A stretch of DNA of 64,000 bases from Octopus vulgaris (Eukaryota): the NCBI GenBank assembly GCA_951406725.2, contig OX597840.1:12834001-12898000 (forward strand), read 5' to 3'. The translations under genes and the position numbers were made by a program. Position 1 is the first letter of the stretch. Each line of letters starts with the position of its first letter. The notes under the pieces were generated by a model. That model was not told the origin of the DNA, searched no databases, and was given only the letters and a program-made list of their open reading frames with translations. This document shows positions 1 through 12,725 of this stretch, one piece after another.

Positions 1-361
1 AGTTTGGCAAAAGAAACCGATAGAATGATTACCATGCTTTTAAAAAATAAGTACTGGGTTTGATACATTCAACTAAAATTTCTTTTAGACAGTGCTCCAG
101 CATGGTCGCAGTCTAATGGCTGAAACTTGTAAAGGAAAAAAATAGAAAAATATTTATATTGTGGGGAGAAAACACAGACACAAAGAAACACACATGTAAC
201 ACCACATACACACACATACACACAAATACATTTTACATCGACTTATAGCAATGTCAGATCTGTCCATTATATTTGATAAGTGGCTGAGTGCTCCTCAGTC
301 ATGTGTACCATTAATGTAAGCCGCTAGGTTATGGGGACGTAAACACACCAGCATCAGTTGT

Positions 362-1233
362 CATAGTATCACCCAAGTTGTCCCTGACTGTGAAGCTTTA
401 ATTACACGAAATACTGCAATCCATCAGGACCTTGCTGGTCTCAACTTGACTTTATGAGGATCTTGATGGAACGTGGCTATTGCTTTGACGCAGCTTCTCA
501 GAGGGAAATTGTCCGTGACATCAAAGAAAAGTGCTGCTATGTTGCTCTAGACCAGTGGTTTTCAACCAGGGTTCCGCGGAACCTTAGGGTTCCGCCAATA
601 CAGTCCGGGGGTTCCACAAAAAGTTACAAAACTGCTAAAATCGGCAGTAATTTTTAATTCTCCTGTGCAGATATGTGTGCATAAGACTATTAAATTATTG
701 CACAGGGGTTCCTCGAGCCAGTGCAATGTTTCCTTGGGGTTCCGCTCCAGCAAAAAGGTTAAAAAGCATTGCTCTAGACTTTGAACAGCAAATGGAGACA
801 ACAGCCTCTTCTTCATCTTTGGAAATGAGTTATGAACTACCTGATGGACAATTCATTACCATTGGAAATGAACGATTCCGAGTCCCAGAACCTATGCTCA
901 AGCCAAGTTTACTTGGAATGGAATATGATGGTCTTCATAAAACAACATATAACTCAATCATGAAAATGTGATGAGGAACTCCGAAAAGGTCTTTTCGCCA
1001 ACATCGTGTTGTCCGGGTATTCAACAATGTTTCCAGGTTTTGTTGAGCATATGAAAAAGGAAATCAGTGCCTTGGCACCACCTGACACAGAGGTTAATGT
1101 CATTGCTCTACCAGAACGTGAATACTCTCGATAGATTGGTGGTTCTAGTTTGGTTTCTGAGCTTTCCTTCAAAGGTATGAAGTCTAAAAGAAAATGTTAC
1201 GAATCTAGTTCATTCATCCATTGTACAAAATGA
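362..1233 (+). pseudogene. 5'-truncated actin-like pseudogene, copy 1
   Basis: Translates in pieces to [38 protein letters not shown] / [43 protein letters not shown] / [36 protein letters not shown]. It is disrupted by two frameshifts, a TGG>TAG stop and a MITE insertion, and the N-terminal half is missing. Confidence 0.93.
553..771. mobile_element. hAT (Charlie-like) MITE inserted in actin pseudogene copy 1
   Basis: Imperfect TIRs CAGTGGTTTTCAACC / GGTTAAAAAGCATTG. 8-bp TSD CTCTAGAC at 545-552 and 772-779, matching the NTCTAGAN target typical of Charlie hATs. Removing it restores YVALD|FEQ. Confidence 0.9.
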
Positions 1234-2201
1234 GTGTAATATGTTAAATATATGTCATTATTTACATTATTTACATTATTTACATTCGACGGATATTTGT
1301 CCTCATCTTGTTTGTTGTTGACACATTTCAGCTGATATACCCTCCAGCCTTCTTCAGGTGTCTTGGGGAAATTTCAAACCTGGGTTCTCATTCCTAAGGT
1401 ATTTTTTGATGTTGTTGTTGTTGTTGTTGTTGTTGTTTTGTTGTTGTTGTTGTTGTTATTATTATTATTATATGCCCATTGGCATATGGCGTAGTGGTTA
1501 AAAGCGTGGGCTAATAAGGCCAAAATTCCAAGTTAAATTCCAGGAAGTGACCAGAATAATAATAATAATAATGATAATGATAGGTTCAATTTTGCTGTAA
1601 GTACCTTGAACACATAATATCTATTATAGTTCCTGGCAAATAATAATCTTGTGAAAGTATTTGATAAATTAAAACTAGTAAGGTCTTCTTATATGTGTAC
1701 ACACACTCACACACACAGATGTATATATACACACACAATCACACATACATACATACGTATATATATAATGTGATAAATAAAAATATATGCATACATACAA
1801 ACATATATGTACATACCTACATCTACATGTATATATACATGCATATATAAATAATTATACGTGAGTACAGGACACCGCAATAAGACGTAGAAACGGGAAA
1901 AACAAAAAAAAAAACAAAAAACAAGAAAACGAAAAAACAAGAAAACGAAAAAAACAGTTACAGGACGTGCTCACAGGAAAAAAACCCCGTCATCAGCTGT
2001 CGCTAGTAGAGTCAAGCATGTTTCGAAGGCAGAGACAGAACACTAATCCACTAGGCCTTCCTGCGAGAGAATTAAAATAAAATCCCGGGTTGAGTCGGGG
2101 TTAACCACAGTAAATAAGGTACTCAATACATAGCAGAATAAATTAATTTATTTTATAGAAGGAGCTTCTAGAACTGTTTCATTCAAATGAAATCATCAGG
2201 A

Positions 2202-2252
2202 AGCTTCCTGATGATTTCATTTGAATGAAACAGTTCTAGTGCTGTAAAAGCT
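2202..2252 (+). ncRNA. Putative type I hammerhead ribozyme inside a fold-back (2147-2269)
   Basis: AGCTTC-CTGATGA-tTTCAttTGAAt-GAA-ACAGT-tctagt-GCTGT-A-AAAGCT. Conserved core is present, stem III is ACAGT/GCTGT, the site is GUA, and stem I is AGCTT/AAGCT with one mismatch. Confidence 0.55.
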
Positions 2253-2387
2253 CCTTCTATAAAATAAATATATATATATATATGTATATATGTATATATG
2301 TATATATATATATATATATATATAAGAATAGAAGAATGTATATATATGATTTTGTGTTTAAATGTATGTATGTATGTGTGTGTGTGT

Positions 2388-2418
<31 letters not shown>

Positions 2419-2476
2419 CATACACTCATGCATACATACATTTAAGCACAAAATCATATATATACATTCTTTTATT

Positions 2477-2835
2477 CTTTTACTTGTTTCAGCCATTTGA
2501 CTGTGGCCATACTGGAGCACTGCCTTTAGTTAAACAAATTGCCCACAGGAGTTATTCTTTGTAAGCCTAGTACTTATTCTATCAGTTTCTTTTGCCGAAC
2601 TGCTAAGTTACGGGGATGTAAGCACATCAACATCTGTTGTCAAGTGATGATGGGTGAGAGGAACATAAACACGCACGCACACACACACACAGACACATAT
2701 ATATATATATACGTCGGGCTTCTTCCAGTTTCCATCTACCAAATCCACTGACAAGGATTTGGGTGGTCTGAGGCTACATTAGAAGACACTTGTCTTGTAC
2801 CCAGAACCATCTCACTACACAGCCACACCTGCACC
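2477..2835 (-). mobile_element. tRNA-derived (CORE-like) SINE, degenerate
   Basis: Reverse complement of the family seen at 50628-51035, with the same ..GCTCCAGYATGGCC..TGAAACAAGTAAAAG tail. Confidence 0.8.
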
Positions 2836-2870
<35 letters not shown>

Positions 2871-2915
2871 CCACACCCACACACATATATATATATATAA
2901 AAGATGATGATGATG

Positions 2916-3024
<109 letters not shown>

Positions 3025-3110
3025 TATATGTATATATATATATACACACACACACACATTTATAAATGAAATAAAATCAAATGAAATAAAAAACAGAACA
3101 CAAAGGATGT

Positions 3111-3204
3111 CGTGGTACACATGTTTCGAGCTTTATACAACAACCTATTCTTACATCAATGTGTAATCGACATAACAGATGGCATAAAGCTCTCTTCAGC
3201 CGCA
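3111..3204 (-). ncRNA. Putative type I hammerhead ribozyme
   Basis: Minus strand: TGCGG-CTGAAGA-GAGCTTTAT..ATAAAGCTC-GAA-AC-atgt-GT-A-CCACG. It has a 9-bp perfect stem II, a minimal stem III and a GUA cleavage triplet. Confidence 0.7.
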
Positions 3205-3637
3205 TGCAATTGCTATACCAAAGACCTGTATCACATTGTGAAAAGTCCGAAAAGGAACATTTGGCTTTATCTATAATGGTAGGTATATTGAGTTTCACTG
3301 AGAAAGTATGTTTGTAAATCTTCGTAATCAAATAGGTGTGCAGGGTATTATTGGACTTCGGAAATCCGTCCATACTGTATCATCAGTCAATACAGAGTTA
3401 ATGCTGAGTAGATTCTAGCGGGTTTATTCCTCTTGTAAGGGAAGGAAATAAGGAGAATTGAAGGTTGAGAAAAAAGAGAAAGAAAAGGAAAAAGAAGAAT
3501 AAAGGGGAAGAGAAGGAAACGGTAATAATGTTGGGATCACAAGTAAAAATATAAATATAAATGATGTACTTGCATAGCAAGTGATTTGATCTGAGATCGT
3601 GTGCTGAAATGAAAATAATTGCAGCGTGGAAGGTTTT

Positions 3638-3798
3638 TGTAAGCCATTTAAGAAACACACAAAAGCCGTTCGATTCACTTAACATTTAAGTTTAGTGAAC
3701 AGGTCACGGTCTTAAAGCGACGAAAATATTTTGACAAATTAAACTTAAATGTTGAAGTGAATCGGACGGCTTTTGTGTGTTTCTTAAATGGCTTACAA
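3638..3798. repeat. Fold-back inverted repeat (~55-bp arms) whose loop holds a hammerhead-like variant
   Basis: GTAAGCCATTTAAGAAACACACAAAAGCCGT..AACATTTAAGTTTA is mirrored by TAAACTTAAATGTT..ACGGCTTTTGTGTGTTTCTTAAATGGCTTAC. A second copy lies at ~43138-43299. Confidence 0.85.
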
Positions 3799-3832
3799 AC
3801 ACCTACCATGTTAAATATAAATGGATATACTC

Positions 3833-4186
3833 TCTTTACTCTTTACTCTTTTACTTGTTTCAGTCATTTGACTGCGGCCATGCTGGAGCACCGCCTTTAG
3901 TCGAGCAAATCGACCCCGGGACTTATTCTTTGTAAGCCCAGTATTTATCCTTTCGGTCTCTTTTGCCGAACCGCTAAGTGACGGGGACGTAAACACTCCA
4001 GCATCGGTTGTCAAGCAATGCTAGCGGGACAAACACAGGCACACAAACACACACACACATACATATATACGACAGGCTTCTTTCAGTTTCCGTCTACAAG
4101 GCATTGCCCAAGATGCCATGCAGTGGGACTGAACCCGGAACCATGTGGTTGGTTAGCAAGCTACTTACCACACAGCCACTCCTGCG

Positions 4187-4188
<2 letters not shown>
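3833..4188 (-). mobile_element. tRNA-derived (CORE-like) SINE
   Basis: Minus strand starts AGGCGCAGGAGTGGCTGTGTGGTAAG (A-box-like) with GGTTCAGTCCC (B-box-like), and ends in the (GTAAAAGA)n tail. Confidence 0.88.
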
Positions 4189-4239
<51 letters not shown>

Positions 4240-4326
4240 TCGTGTGTACATGTTCACCTACGCTCACACATACACACACCCATGCACATATACACACACA
4301 CACCTATATATATACATATATGTGTA

Positions 4327-4366
<40 letters not shown>

Positions 4367-4427
4367 CATATATACACACCAACCTATATACATACATACA
4401 CACATACATATACATACACATATACAT

Positions 4428-4468
<41 letters not shown>

Positions 4469-4699
4469 CGAAACGTAGAGTAGATGAAACCATGGCGACT
4501 GAAGAAGGGGAATTTTCCTTGTGTTATTTGTCCTGTACTCTATTTTTTTGTTGTTTAAGAAAAATGTCCAGTTCCTTGGTTTTGGATCTATGTTTCCGTT
4601 TCTCATTGTGTTCAACGTTTTTTTTGGTGTCCTGTACCCATATATGCGTGTATATATACATGTCGGGGTAGGTATGTACATATATGTATGTATATACTC

Positions 4700-4921
4700 T
4701 TACGCTCTTTACCCTGTTACTTGTTTCAGTCATTTGACTGCGGCTATGCTGGAGCACCGCCTTTAGTCGAGCAACTCAACCCCGGGACTTATTCTTTGTA
4801 AGCCCAGTACTTATTCTATCGGTCTCATTTGCCGAACTGCTAGGTGACGGGGTCGTAAACACACCAGCATCGGCTGTCAAGCAATGGTAGGGGGACAAAC
4901 ACAGACACACACACGCATATA

Positions 4922-4959
<38 letters not shown>

Positions 4960-5123
4960 TACGACGGGTTTCTTTCAGTTTCCATCTAACAAATCCACTC
5001 ACAAGGCTTTGGTCAGCCCGAGGCTATAGTAGAAGACACTTGCCCAAGATGCCACGCAGTGGGACTGAACCCGGAACCATATGGTTCATAAGCATGCTAC
5101 TTACCACACAGCCACTCCTACGC
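4700..5123 (-). mobile_element. tRNA-derived (CORE-like) SINE
   Basis: Same family, full length, with an internal (TA)n/(CA)n tract. Confidence 0.88.
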
Positions 5124-5129
5124 TATGTT

Positions 5130-5298
5130 TTATTTAATTTATTAATTTACATATACCCATACATATATACACATCCACATACAAATGTACACCTACACAT
5201 ACCTAACACATATATACACACAAATATACGTATATATACATGCACACACATGTACATATCCACATATCTATACTTTCCCGAATATACAAGCACACATG

Positions 5299-5330
<32 letters not shown>

Positions 5331-5617
5331 CATATGCATAGACACACACACTCATATATATACATACATATACATACACATACATACACTCACACATGCA
5401 TACGTATATACATACCTACACATACACATATATATACACATATGTACACCCCCATATACACATACATAAAAATAAACATATACACATATACATATATATA
5501 TATATACACACACAGATATATATACATACACACATATATATATATGTATATACACACATACACACACACATCTACATACATACACACATACATGCACACA
5601 CATACACACACATACGT

Positions 5618-5648
<31 letters not shown>

Positions 5649-5770
5649 CATATATATATATATGTGAGTGTGTGTACACTTCCACTCGTACATGCAAATC
5701 ACACCATGTATAAATCTTCATACACACACGCCCGTGGATTCATTCATACACACACGCAAATGTATCACAC
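5130..5770. repeat. Degenerate (CA/TA)n low-complexity tract
   Basis: Directly visible alternating purine-pyrimidine sequence. Confidence 0.9.
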
Positions 5771-7354
5771 CTTCTAAATATCTATCTTGATTTTGGGGAT
5801 GTAACAGTTGTAATTAATTAACAAGTTAATAATAATTAAAATGAAAAGATAAAAATAAACGATAAAATCAGAAAAAAATAAAAAATACGGTAAAATTAGA
5901 AAAAAGGAAAAAGAAAAATAAATAAATAAATAGATAAATAAAATATAAATAAAATAAAAAATATGAAAAAATAAAAATAAAGGTAAAATAAAAAAAAATA
6001 TCAGAAAAGATAGGAAAAAAAGGAAAAATAAGAAAAAATAAGAAAGGTGAGAAAGATACGTTAAATAAGAAAAAAGTACAACATCAAAGTACAGAAGCAA
6101 AGATTATAATGGAAAGAATAATCGAAAAATACTGGTGATAACAATATTGTTACAGTATTACAATGTAATATTGAATGTAAAACTACATTGGTTCGAGAGA
6201 TTTTTGTATTGTTAGGGGAAGTGAGAAGCTAAAAGTTTCTAGGTATTTATTACCCTATATTACTCGTCTAATGTTGATATTAGTAAAGATATTAATGAAG
6301 CTATATGCTAAATTATAGAGACCATGGTTAGATTATTTATCTATGTTCCATTTAGATACGCATAGGTAAGTATAAAAGTATAAATTTTCCCGATTGAATG
6401 GTATGTGCATACTATCCGGGGATAGAGTTGTTGGGGTAAGTCCATGAGTATTTAATCTAATACCTGAGTAGTAGATTATTGAAATTCCAATGTGAAATGA
6501 TTATGAAGATATTACAATGGAAAATTAAGGTTTATAATATTTAAAGGTTTTAGTTAATTTATGCATGCACGATGGTTTGAATTCAGGTCTTTTATTAATT
6601 AGCTTTTTTTTATCTTTGAATCTAAGGATTTTTAAAAGTTCTATGCAACATAGCTGGCAACCTGTTCTATCATTTTTATAAGCTGCAGCCGATCCAATAA
6701 TGGACCGTCTAAGGTTAAATTCGATATTTTTGTCCCTAAGTTCCCAAATCTTACATGATAAAGAAGTACTACTAGCCTTATGCTTGAGCCTAAAAGACGA
6801 CCGGTGGTTATAGAACCTAGATTTCCAGATGGATGAGCACCCAATGTATGTAAGAGTGTTCATTTCAGTAATTACTTCACAGGAATAAACTACGTTTTTT
6901 GCTAAGAAATTTCCACGTAAGGGACAAGCTGTTGCATCCAGACAATTGCACCCGAAATTACCATTTCCCGGCTGTCTGTTATTAATCCGCGGACGAATAA
7001 TTTCAGTATGGTTGCTGTCAGGTATAGTAGATAGAAGCTCCGCTAACGTTTTCGCTATTGTTATTGTTATCTCTATTGGTGCTATTTAAGTTTTTCCCAC
7101 CTATATTTCTTCTACTGCTAGTACTGATATTAAATCTATCACCTACGTCTCTATTATTGCTAGTTATATTGCTATTACAATTAGTAAAATTAAATTCACA
7201 ATTATTGTTCGTTGTGGGCTGAGTTATCACATTAATAGTAGTAGTAGCATTATCTTGATTAGTTATATAATTATTGGGTATAATATTATCTCCATTGTTG
7301 TAATGGGTGCTATTACTAGCTATTGCACATATTACATTTACAGATATATATAAA

Positions 7355-7642
7355 GTGGCTGATGCCAGTGTCCCCTGACTGGCTCCCATGATGGTGGCAT
7401 ATAAAAAGCACTATCCGAACACGATTGATGCCAGGCCTGCCTGACTGGCTCCTATGCTGGTGGCACGTAAAATGCACCCACTACACTCTCAGAGTGGTTG
7501 GTGTTAGGAAGAGCATCCAGCTGTAGAAACATTGCCAGATCAGATTGGAGCCTTGTGCAGCCTCCTGGCTTTCCAGAATTCAGTCAAACCGTCTAACCCA
7601 TGCCAGCATGGAAAAAGGACGTTAAACGATGATGTTGATGAT
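7355..7642 (+). mobile_element. SINE-like repeat with RTE-type 3' tail, nested in the PLE
   Basis: GGTTGGTGTTAGGAAGAGCATCCAGCTGTAGAAAC..AACCCATGCCAGCATGGAAAAAGGACGTTAAACGATGATG. The same family occurs near 47330, 52300, 56350 and 57830. Confidence 0.7.
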
Positions 7643-7957
7643 ATAATATTTGTGTGTGTCTTTGTGTTTGTTCCCAACTATTGCTCGACAATCAGTGCTG
7701 TTGGCAAAAAGAGATTGATAGAATAAGTACAAGGTCTACAAAAAAAAAGACCTGGGGTCAATTTTGCTATCCAGATTATTAATGTTATTATATTTACTGT
7801 TACTATTATTAATGTAGCTATAGTTATTATCAATGTTAAATTCACTGTTTAGGGAACTACTATCAGTTATCTCTAAGTTGTCAGCTTGGCGGTTAGGTAT
7901 CAAAGCTCTAGGGATAATGCCTTGGCTATTGTTATTAGTTTGGTTACTACCAATGTT

Positions 7958-8334
7958 AGTGGAGGCGCAATGGCCCAGTGGTTAGGGCAGCGGACTCACA
8001 GTTGTAGGATCGCGGTTTCGATTCCCAGACCGGGCGTTGTGAGTGTTTATTGAGCGAAAACACCTATAAGCTCCACGAGGCTCCGGCAGGGGATGGTGGT
8101 GATCCCTGCTGTACTCATTCACCACAACTTTCTCTCCCTCTTACTTCCTGTTTCTGTCGTACCTGTATTTCAAAAGGGCCGGCCTTGTCACTCTCTGTGT
8201 CATGCTGAATATCCCCGAGAACTATGTTAAGGGTGCACGTGCTCAGCCACTTACACGTTAATTTCATGAGAAGGCTGTTCCGTTGATTTGGATCAACCGG
8301 AACCCTCACCATCGTAACCGACGGAGTGCTTCCA
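7958..8334 (+). mobile_element. tRNA-derived SINE with target-site duplication
   Basis: A box TGGCCCAGTGG, B box GGTTTCGATTCCC. 9-bp TSD ACCAATGTT at 7949-7957 and 8335-8343. A related copy lies on the minus strand at ~17210-17500. Confidence 0.85.
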
Positions 8335-10125
8335 ACCAATGTTCACTCCTGGACTGTTGGGGTTTGATTGATCATTATTATTTACTCTTAAACTAGCTAT
8401 TTCAATTTTAGTTTTATTATGTTTAGCTATGAGGCAGCTCATGTTAGGTAGAGTTGAGTATGATATCCTAATAGTTTTATTTCAAAAGATACTACTATAT
8501 CTATGAGTGGGTGGAAAATTAATAGATATTATTGAAAATATTTTTTTGCATAATTTACCCTTAACCGCTACATTATATGGTATGTTATACCATATATATT
8601 TACGTAATCTACCGTTTTTACTCTTGTGTCTTCTAATATTATCTGTGATACTCCTATCGGTAGGGTTTTCATTAACTAAATTTCTATTGGTGCGATTTCT
8701 GTCTGTTTGTTTCTAAGTCCTGTTTGAATTTATATTAGTTGAATCTGCGTTTTTATTGCAACTATTTAGTCTAATTTCATTTAATTTTAGATTTAAATCT
8801 AAATGATTGGTTCTGGAATCCTTAGTTCGTTTATGTGATGGAGTTTTATTGATGACAGATGTTCTGGGGGTGCCCAGTGCTAGAGAGGGCTTGGTTATAG
8901 TGATGCGCGTAATCACTGAATATATTATTGTTTGATGATAACTCAGTCTGTCAGAGACTGCTTGGACTGTGGTATCAACCATACAGGGCGGGTGATTGGA
9001 TGATGTGTTAATATATCTAGTGGTTTCTTCCGGTTTCCTATAGGGGTAGTGAAGGCCTTTGTCTATATCTAATGTAACATCTAAAAAATCAACTATCTTA
9101 GTATTAGTCATAAACTCTAGTTTTAGATTAAATGATTTACAGAATTGCCTAATCTTTCTTCTAATTCTTTCTAGTTTACTCTTATTATTAGTGGGGTATA
9201 TGAAAAGTACATCATCCCTATATAAACCCCCCTGGAGATCTGGTACCTCCGAGAACAGCTTCTTAAGCAGGTAGGCCCCGACCAAGTCAGTTACCTGAGC
9301 TGAATCGCTCGACCCATGGCCACATCGAAGCTATCAGGGGTATCGGATCTAGTCCAAAGTTTACCATCAAATTCGATTATTGTCTTCCTAGCTAAGAGTA
9401 TAATTACAATTTTTTCTCTATCTACGAGCGAAAGGCTACAGGCATATATAAGGGACTTATTCAGTAATATAGGGGAGATGTTAGCATAATAATTTGCTAT
9501 GTCGAACTGTATAAAGAATAATTACATCTGTCAGTAATGGAGTTACACCATTCCAGAACATCATTGGTATTAATCCATAAATTGAGTGGAATATGGGGTT
9601 TAATCCGTGGATTCACTGTGTCCAGAATAGTTTTGCTAAGTCTGCCTATATCTGATTTAGTTGGACATATTAATCTTACTCCTGTTTTCTGGGAATCCTT
9701 TTTTATGGCTCCTGAGGTTTGAGAGGTTCAGTCCTATCTAGTAGATCCAGTTTAGTCATTACTTCCTTTATTTTTGGTTAATTTTCTTTAGGTTTTCAGT
9801 AGATGTGATCTTATATTTTTTATGCAATTCCTTCATGATTAGTAATTTGTAATTATTGTAGTCTAATTTATACCAATTGCCGATTTTATCAGCAGGTACA
9901 ATTAGACTGTCATCATTCCTAAGTGAATTTATGAACTCTTTTAAACTATTCAAGTGAGTGTTCAAAATGGTCCTATGCTTTTTAAATTTGATACTGCTAA
10001 TAAAGTCAATTAAGTCCTTCTTTCAGTTTCTGTCTATCAAATCCATTCACAAGGTTTGGCCGGCCCGAGGTTATAGTAGAAGACACATGCCCAAGGTGCC
10101 ACGGAGTGGGACTGAACCCGGAACC

Positions 10126-10201
<76 letters not shown>

Positions 10202-11007
10202 GGGTACAAGATATCACCAATAGTATACAACGTGAAATACAAAAACAAATTAATTAAATACTCAACGAGAGAAAAAATTGGAGAACAGGACAATTAATAT
10301 AAAGGACAACCCTTCATCAGTTGTTGGCTGTCTACCTATTCCTCATTTCCTGCATGGAAAGAGGTATCTGTCAGCTCGCTGCCTTAATACCTGCACCTAT
10401 TTATGAAATAGAAAATAATTGGGTCCCCAGAGTTGAGTTATTAATCTAGAATCACCCATTATCAATTTGTGAAGGTGTTTCTTTTTCCTTTTTCTCTTCC
10501 CTTCCAGGATCTGGAGGTAGAGGCAACCCCTAAGACCTTTGTAGGCCCTTTTCAGTTGGTGTGATTCATACTACGAATGTTCCTAATGAAGTCACAACCT
10601 TTGGCGAAAGATAGGACCAGGAAGAGAATTCCAGTGAAGAAAATATCTTACAAGGAAGAATTGTTTGTTCTAAAATATTTATACAATAATATCATGTGAA
10701 CAAATGTATGGTTTACCACATTCTTTTAAACACCCTTGTATCTAGTTACTGAAAACATATACGTATTTTCTATAAAGAAAACTTCCTTGTTTTGCAAACA
10801 GTAAAATTTATTGGTCAGTTCAACAGAATATGAAACGTATATAAATTAATATCGTACCTGTTTTCCCATAACATTTTTACTCTTACCAAGGACCAGAAGC
10901 TAAATTTGAGACAAGCTCACATCCCACAAGCCACAACACTAAGAAACTGAACATTAATAATTCTATACATCAGCCAGAAATATTCTATCCAACCTAAAAA
11001 CACAAGC

Positions 11008-11121
11008 ATGGTTGCTTCCATTGTTATTGATCATGGATCATATATGTGTAAAGCTGGTTTTGGAGGTGATTATGAAGAAAGAAAACTGATTCCTCCAGTT
11101 GTTGGTTATCCTAAACAAAAG
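11008..11121 (+). CDS. Divergent actin-like protein, coding exon 1
   Basis: Exactly 38 codons, MVASIVIDHGSYMCKAGFGGDYEERKLIPPVVGYPKQK (cf. actin [34 protein letters not shown]). It is followed by the donor AAG|GTATGT at the conserved phase-0 actin intron site near codon 41/42. Missing from the ORF track. Confidence 0.88.
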
Positions 11122-11151
11122 GTATGTTGACTATATATACATATACATAGA

Positions 11152-11369
11152 TAAAGGACTGACCACTCAAAAAGTAGACGGTCAACATGCTAGATATAGA
11201 CGTCAAATCGCTATTTTCCACAAAAAATATGTTTTCAAATAAATAAAATATTTTTAATGCTTTGGTTTTGTGCTGAGTTTTTATTTGAGAACATATTCTT
11301 TGTGGAAAATAGCGACTTGACGTCTATATCTAGCATCTTGACCGTCCACTTTTAGTGTTCAGTCCTTTA
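11152..11369. mobile_element. Hairpin MITE-like element with ~90-bp inverted arms (copy at ~19084-19301)
   Basis: TAAAGGACTGACCACT..GACGGTCAACATGCTAGATATAGACGTCAAATCGCTATTTTCCACAAA is mirrored at the other end. Confidence 0.75.
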
Positions 11370-11663
11370 AATTTTGTATGCAAAAATATTTTAATCTCTG
11401 GATTTTTTAATATGCTGGGCCACTGGTTTTAATTGATTAATATCAATTTCTACCCTTATTAAATTTTAAATTAAATATACATATACATATAAATTTATTG
11501 GAAGCTAATTATATGGCTGGTCACTCTATATATGGAATGGTTCTGCATGCTTACAGCACTTAGCTTTATAGTTCTTTATGAATGCAAGCCATTGGTCAAT
11601 TCTGTAAGCACGTTATGTGTCTTACATTTAGAGTGTCTTCTTTTTCGGATATATAATCCGCTG

Positions 11664-11979
11664 ATGATACATATTGTAGCGTGCTGAACTCCGAATCAAC
11701 ATGCAACAAATACTGTAGATTTGTTTAAATAATTAAAAACCGCCAAACACATGGCATGCATGAGTTTTAGGTGAACTATTCCGTTTTCCTCTATATTATG
11801 AATGTATGTATGTACATACACGTGCATACAAACGCACATATATATATAGATATGCATATCTCTCTTTCTTTCTGTGTGTGTGTGTATATATATATATATA
11901 TACATAAGCACTTATAACCTCAATATTTATCTAAATAGTTATATATATATATATATATATGTATGTGTATATATCTATG

Positions 11980-12023
<44 letters not shown>

Positions 12024-12116
12024 TATATGTATGTATATATATACATATACATATATATATATATATATATGTATGTATACATATACATATATATATATAC
12101 ATACATGCATACATGC

Positions 12117-12182
<66 letters not shown>

Positions 12183-12630
12183 GCATGTATGATGTATATA
12201 TATATATGTATATGTATATGTATATGTATACATACATATATATATATATATATATATGTATATGTATATATATACATATATATATATATATGTATATATA
12301 TGTATATATATATATATATACAATACATAGATATATACACATACATATATATGTATATATATATATATATACCTATTTATATAAATATTGAGGTTATAAG
12401 TGCTTATATATATATATACACACACACAGAGAAGAGAGATATAGCATATCTATATATATATGAGCGTTTGTATGCACGTGTATGTACATACATACATTCA
12501 TAATATAGAGAAAAACGGAATAGTTCACCTAAAACTCATGCATGCCATGTGTTTGGCGGTTTTTAATTATTTAAACAAATCTACAGTATTTGTTGCATGT
12601 TGATTCGGAGTTCAGCACGCTACAATATGT

Positions 12631-12635
<5 letters not shown>
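11664..12635. repeat. ~970-bp palindrome (inverted duplication around a TA/CA microsatellite core)
   Basis: ~11664-11930 is the near-exact reverse complement of ~12375-12635. Confidence 0.88.

Positions 12636-12720
<85 letters not shown>

Positions 12721-12725
<5 letters not shown>

Larger units (their letters stand above)
6525..10017 (-). mobile_element. Decayed Penelope-like retroelement (RT + GIY-YIG endonuclease)
   Basis: Fragments in the expected order: IVPADKIGNWYKL (9768-9965), GGLYRDDVLF..VDFLDVTLD..YPYRKP..YINTSSNHPP (8713-9285), then YIGCSSIWKSRFYNHRSSF..STSLSCKIWEL..CQLC..LINKR (6525-6863). It is frameshifted and interrupted by SINEs. Confidence 0.9.

Noticed and set aside
675-971. 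98-aa actin-fragment protein (also 39905 and 48045)
   Set aside because: It is a chimera of MITE sequence and pseudogene, ended by a frameshift.
7958-8035. tRNA gene (also SINE heads at 1487, 17430, 50628, 62151)
   Set aside because: The A/B boxes run straight into SINE bodies and no full cloverleaf is evident.
11655-11700. CTGATGA as a hammerhead core (also 3378 and 24858 on the minus strand)
   Set aside because: There is no correctly placed GAAA or stem III downstream.
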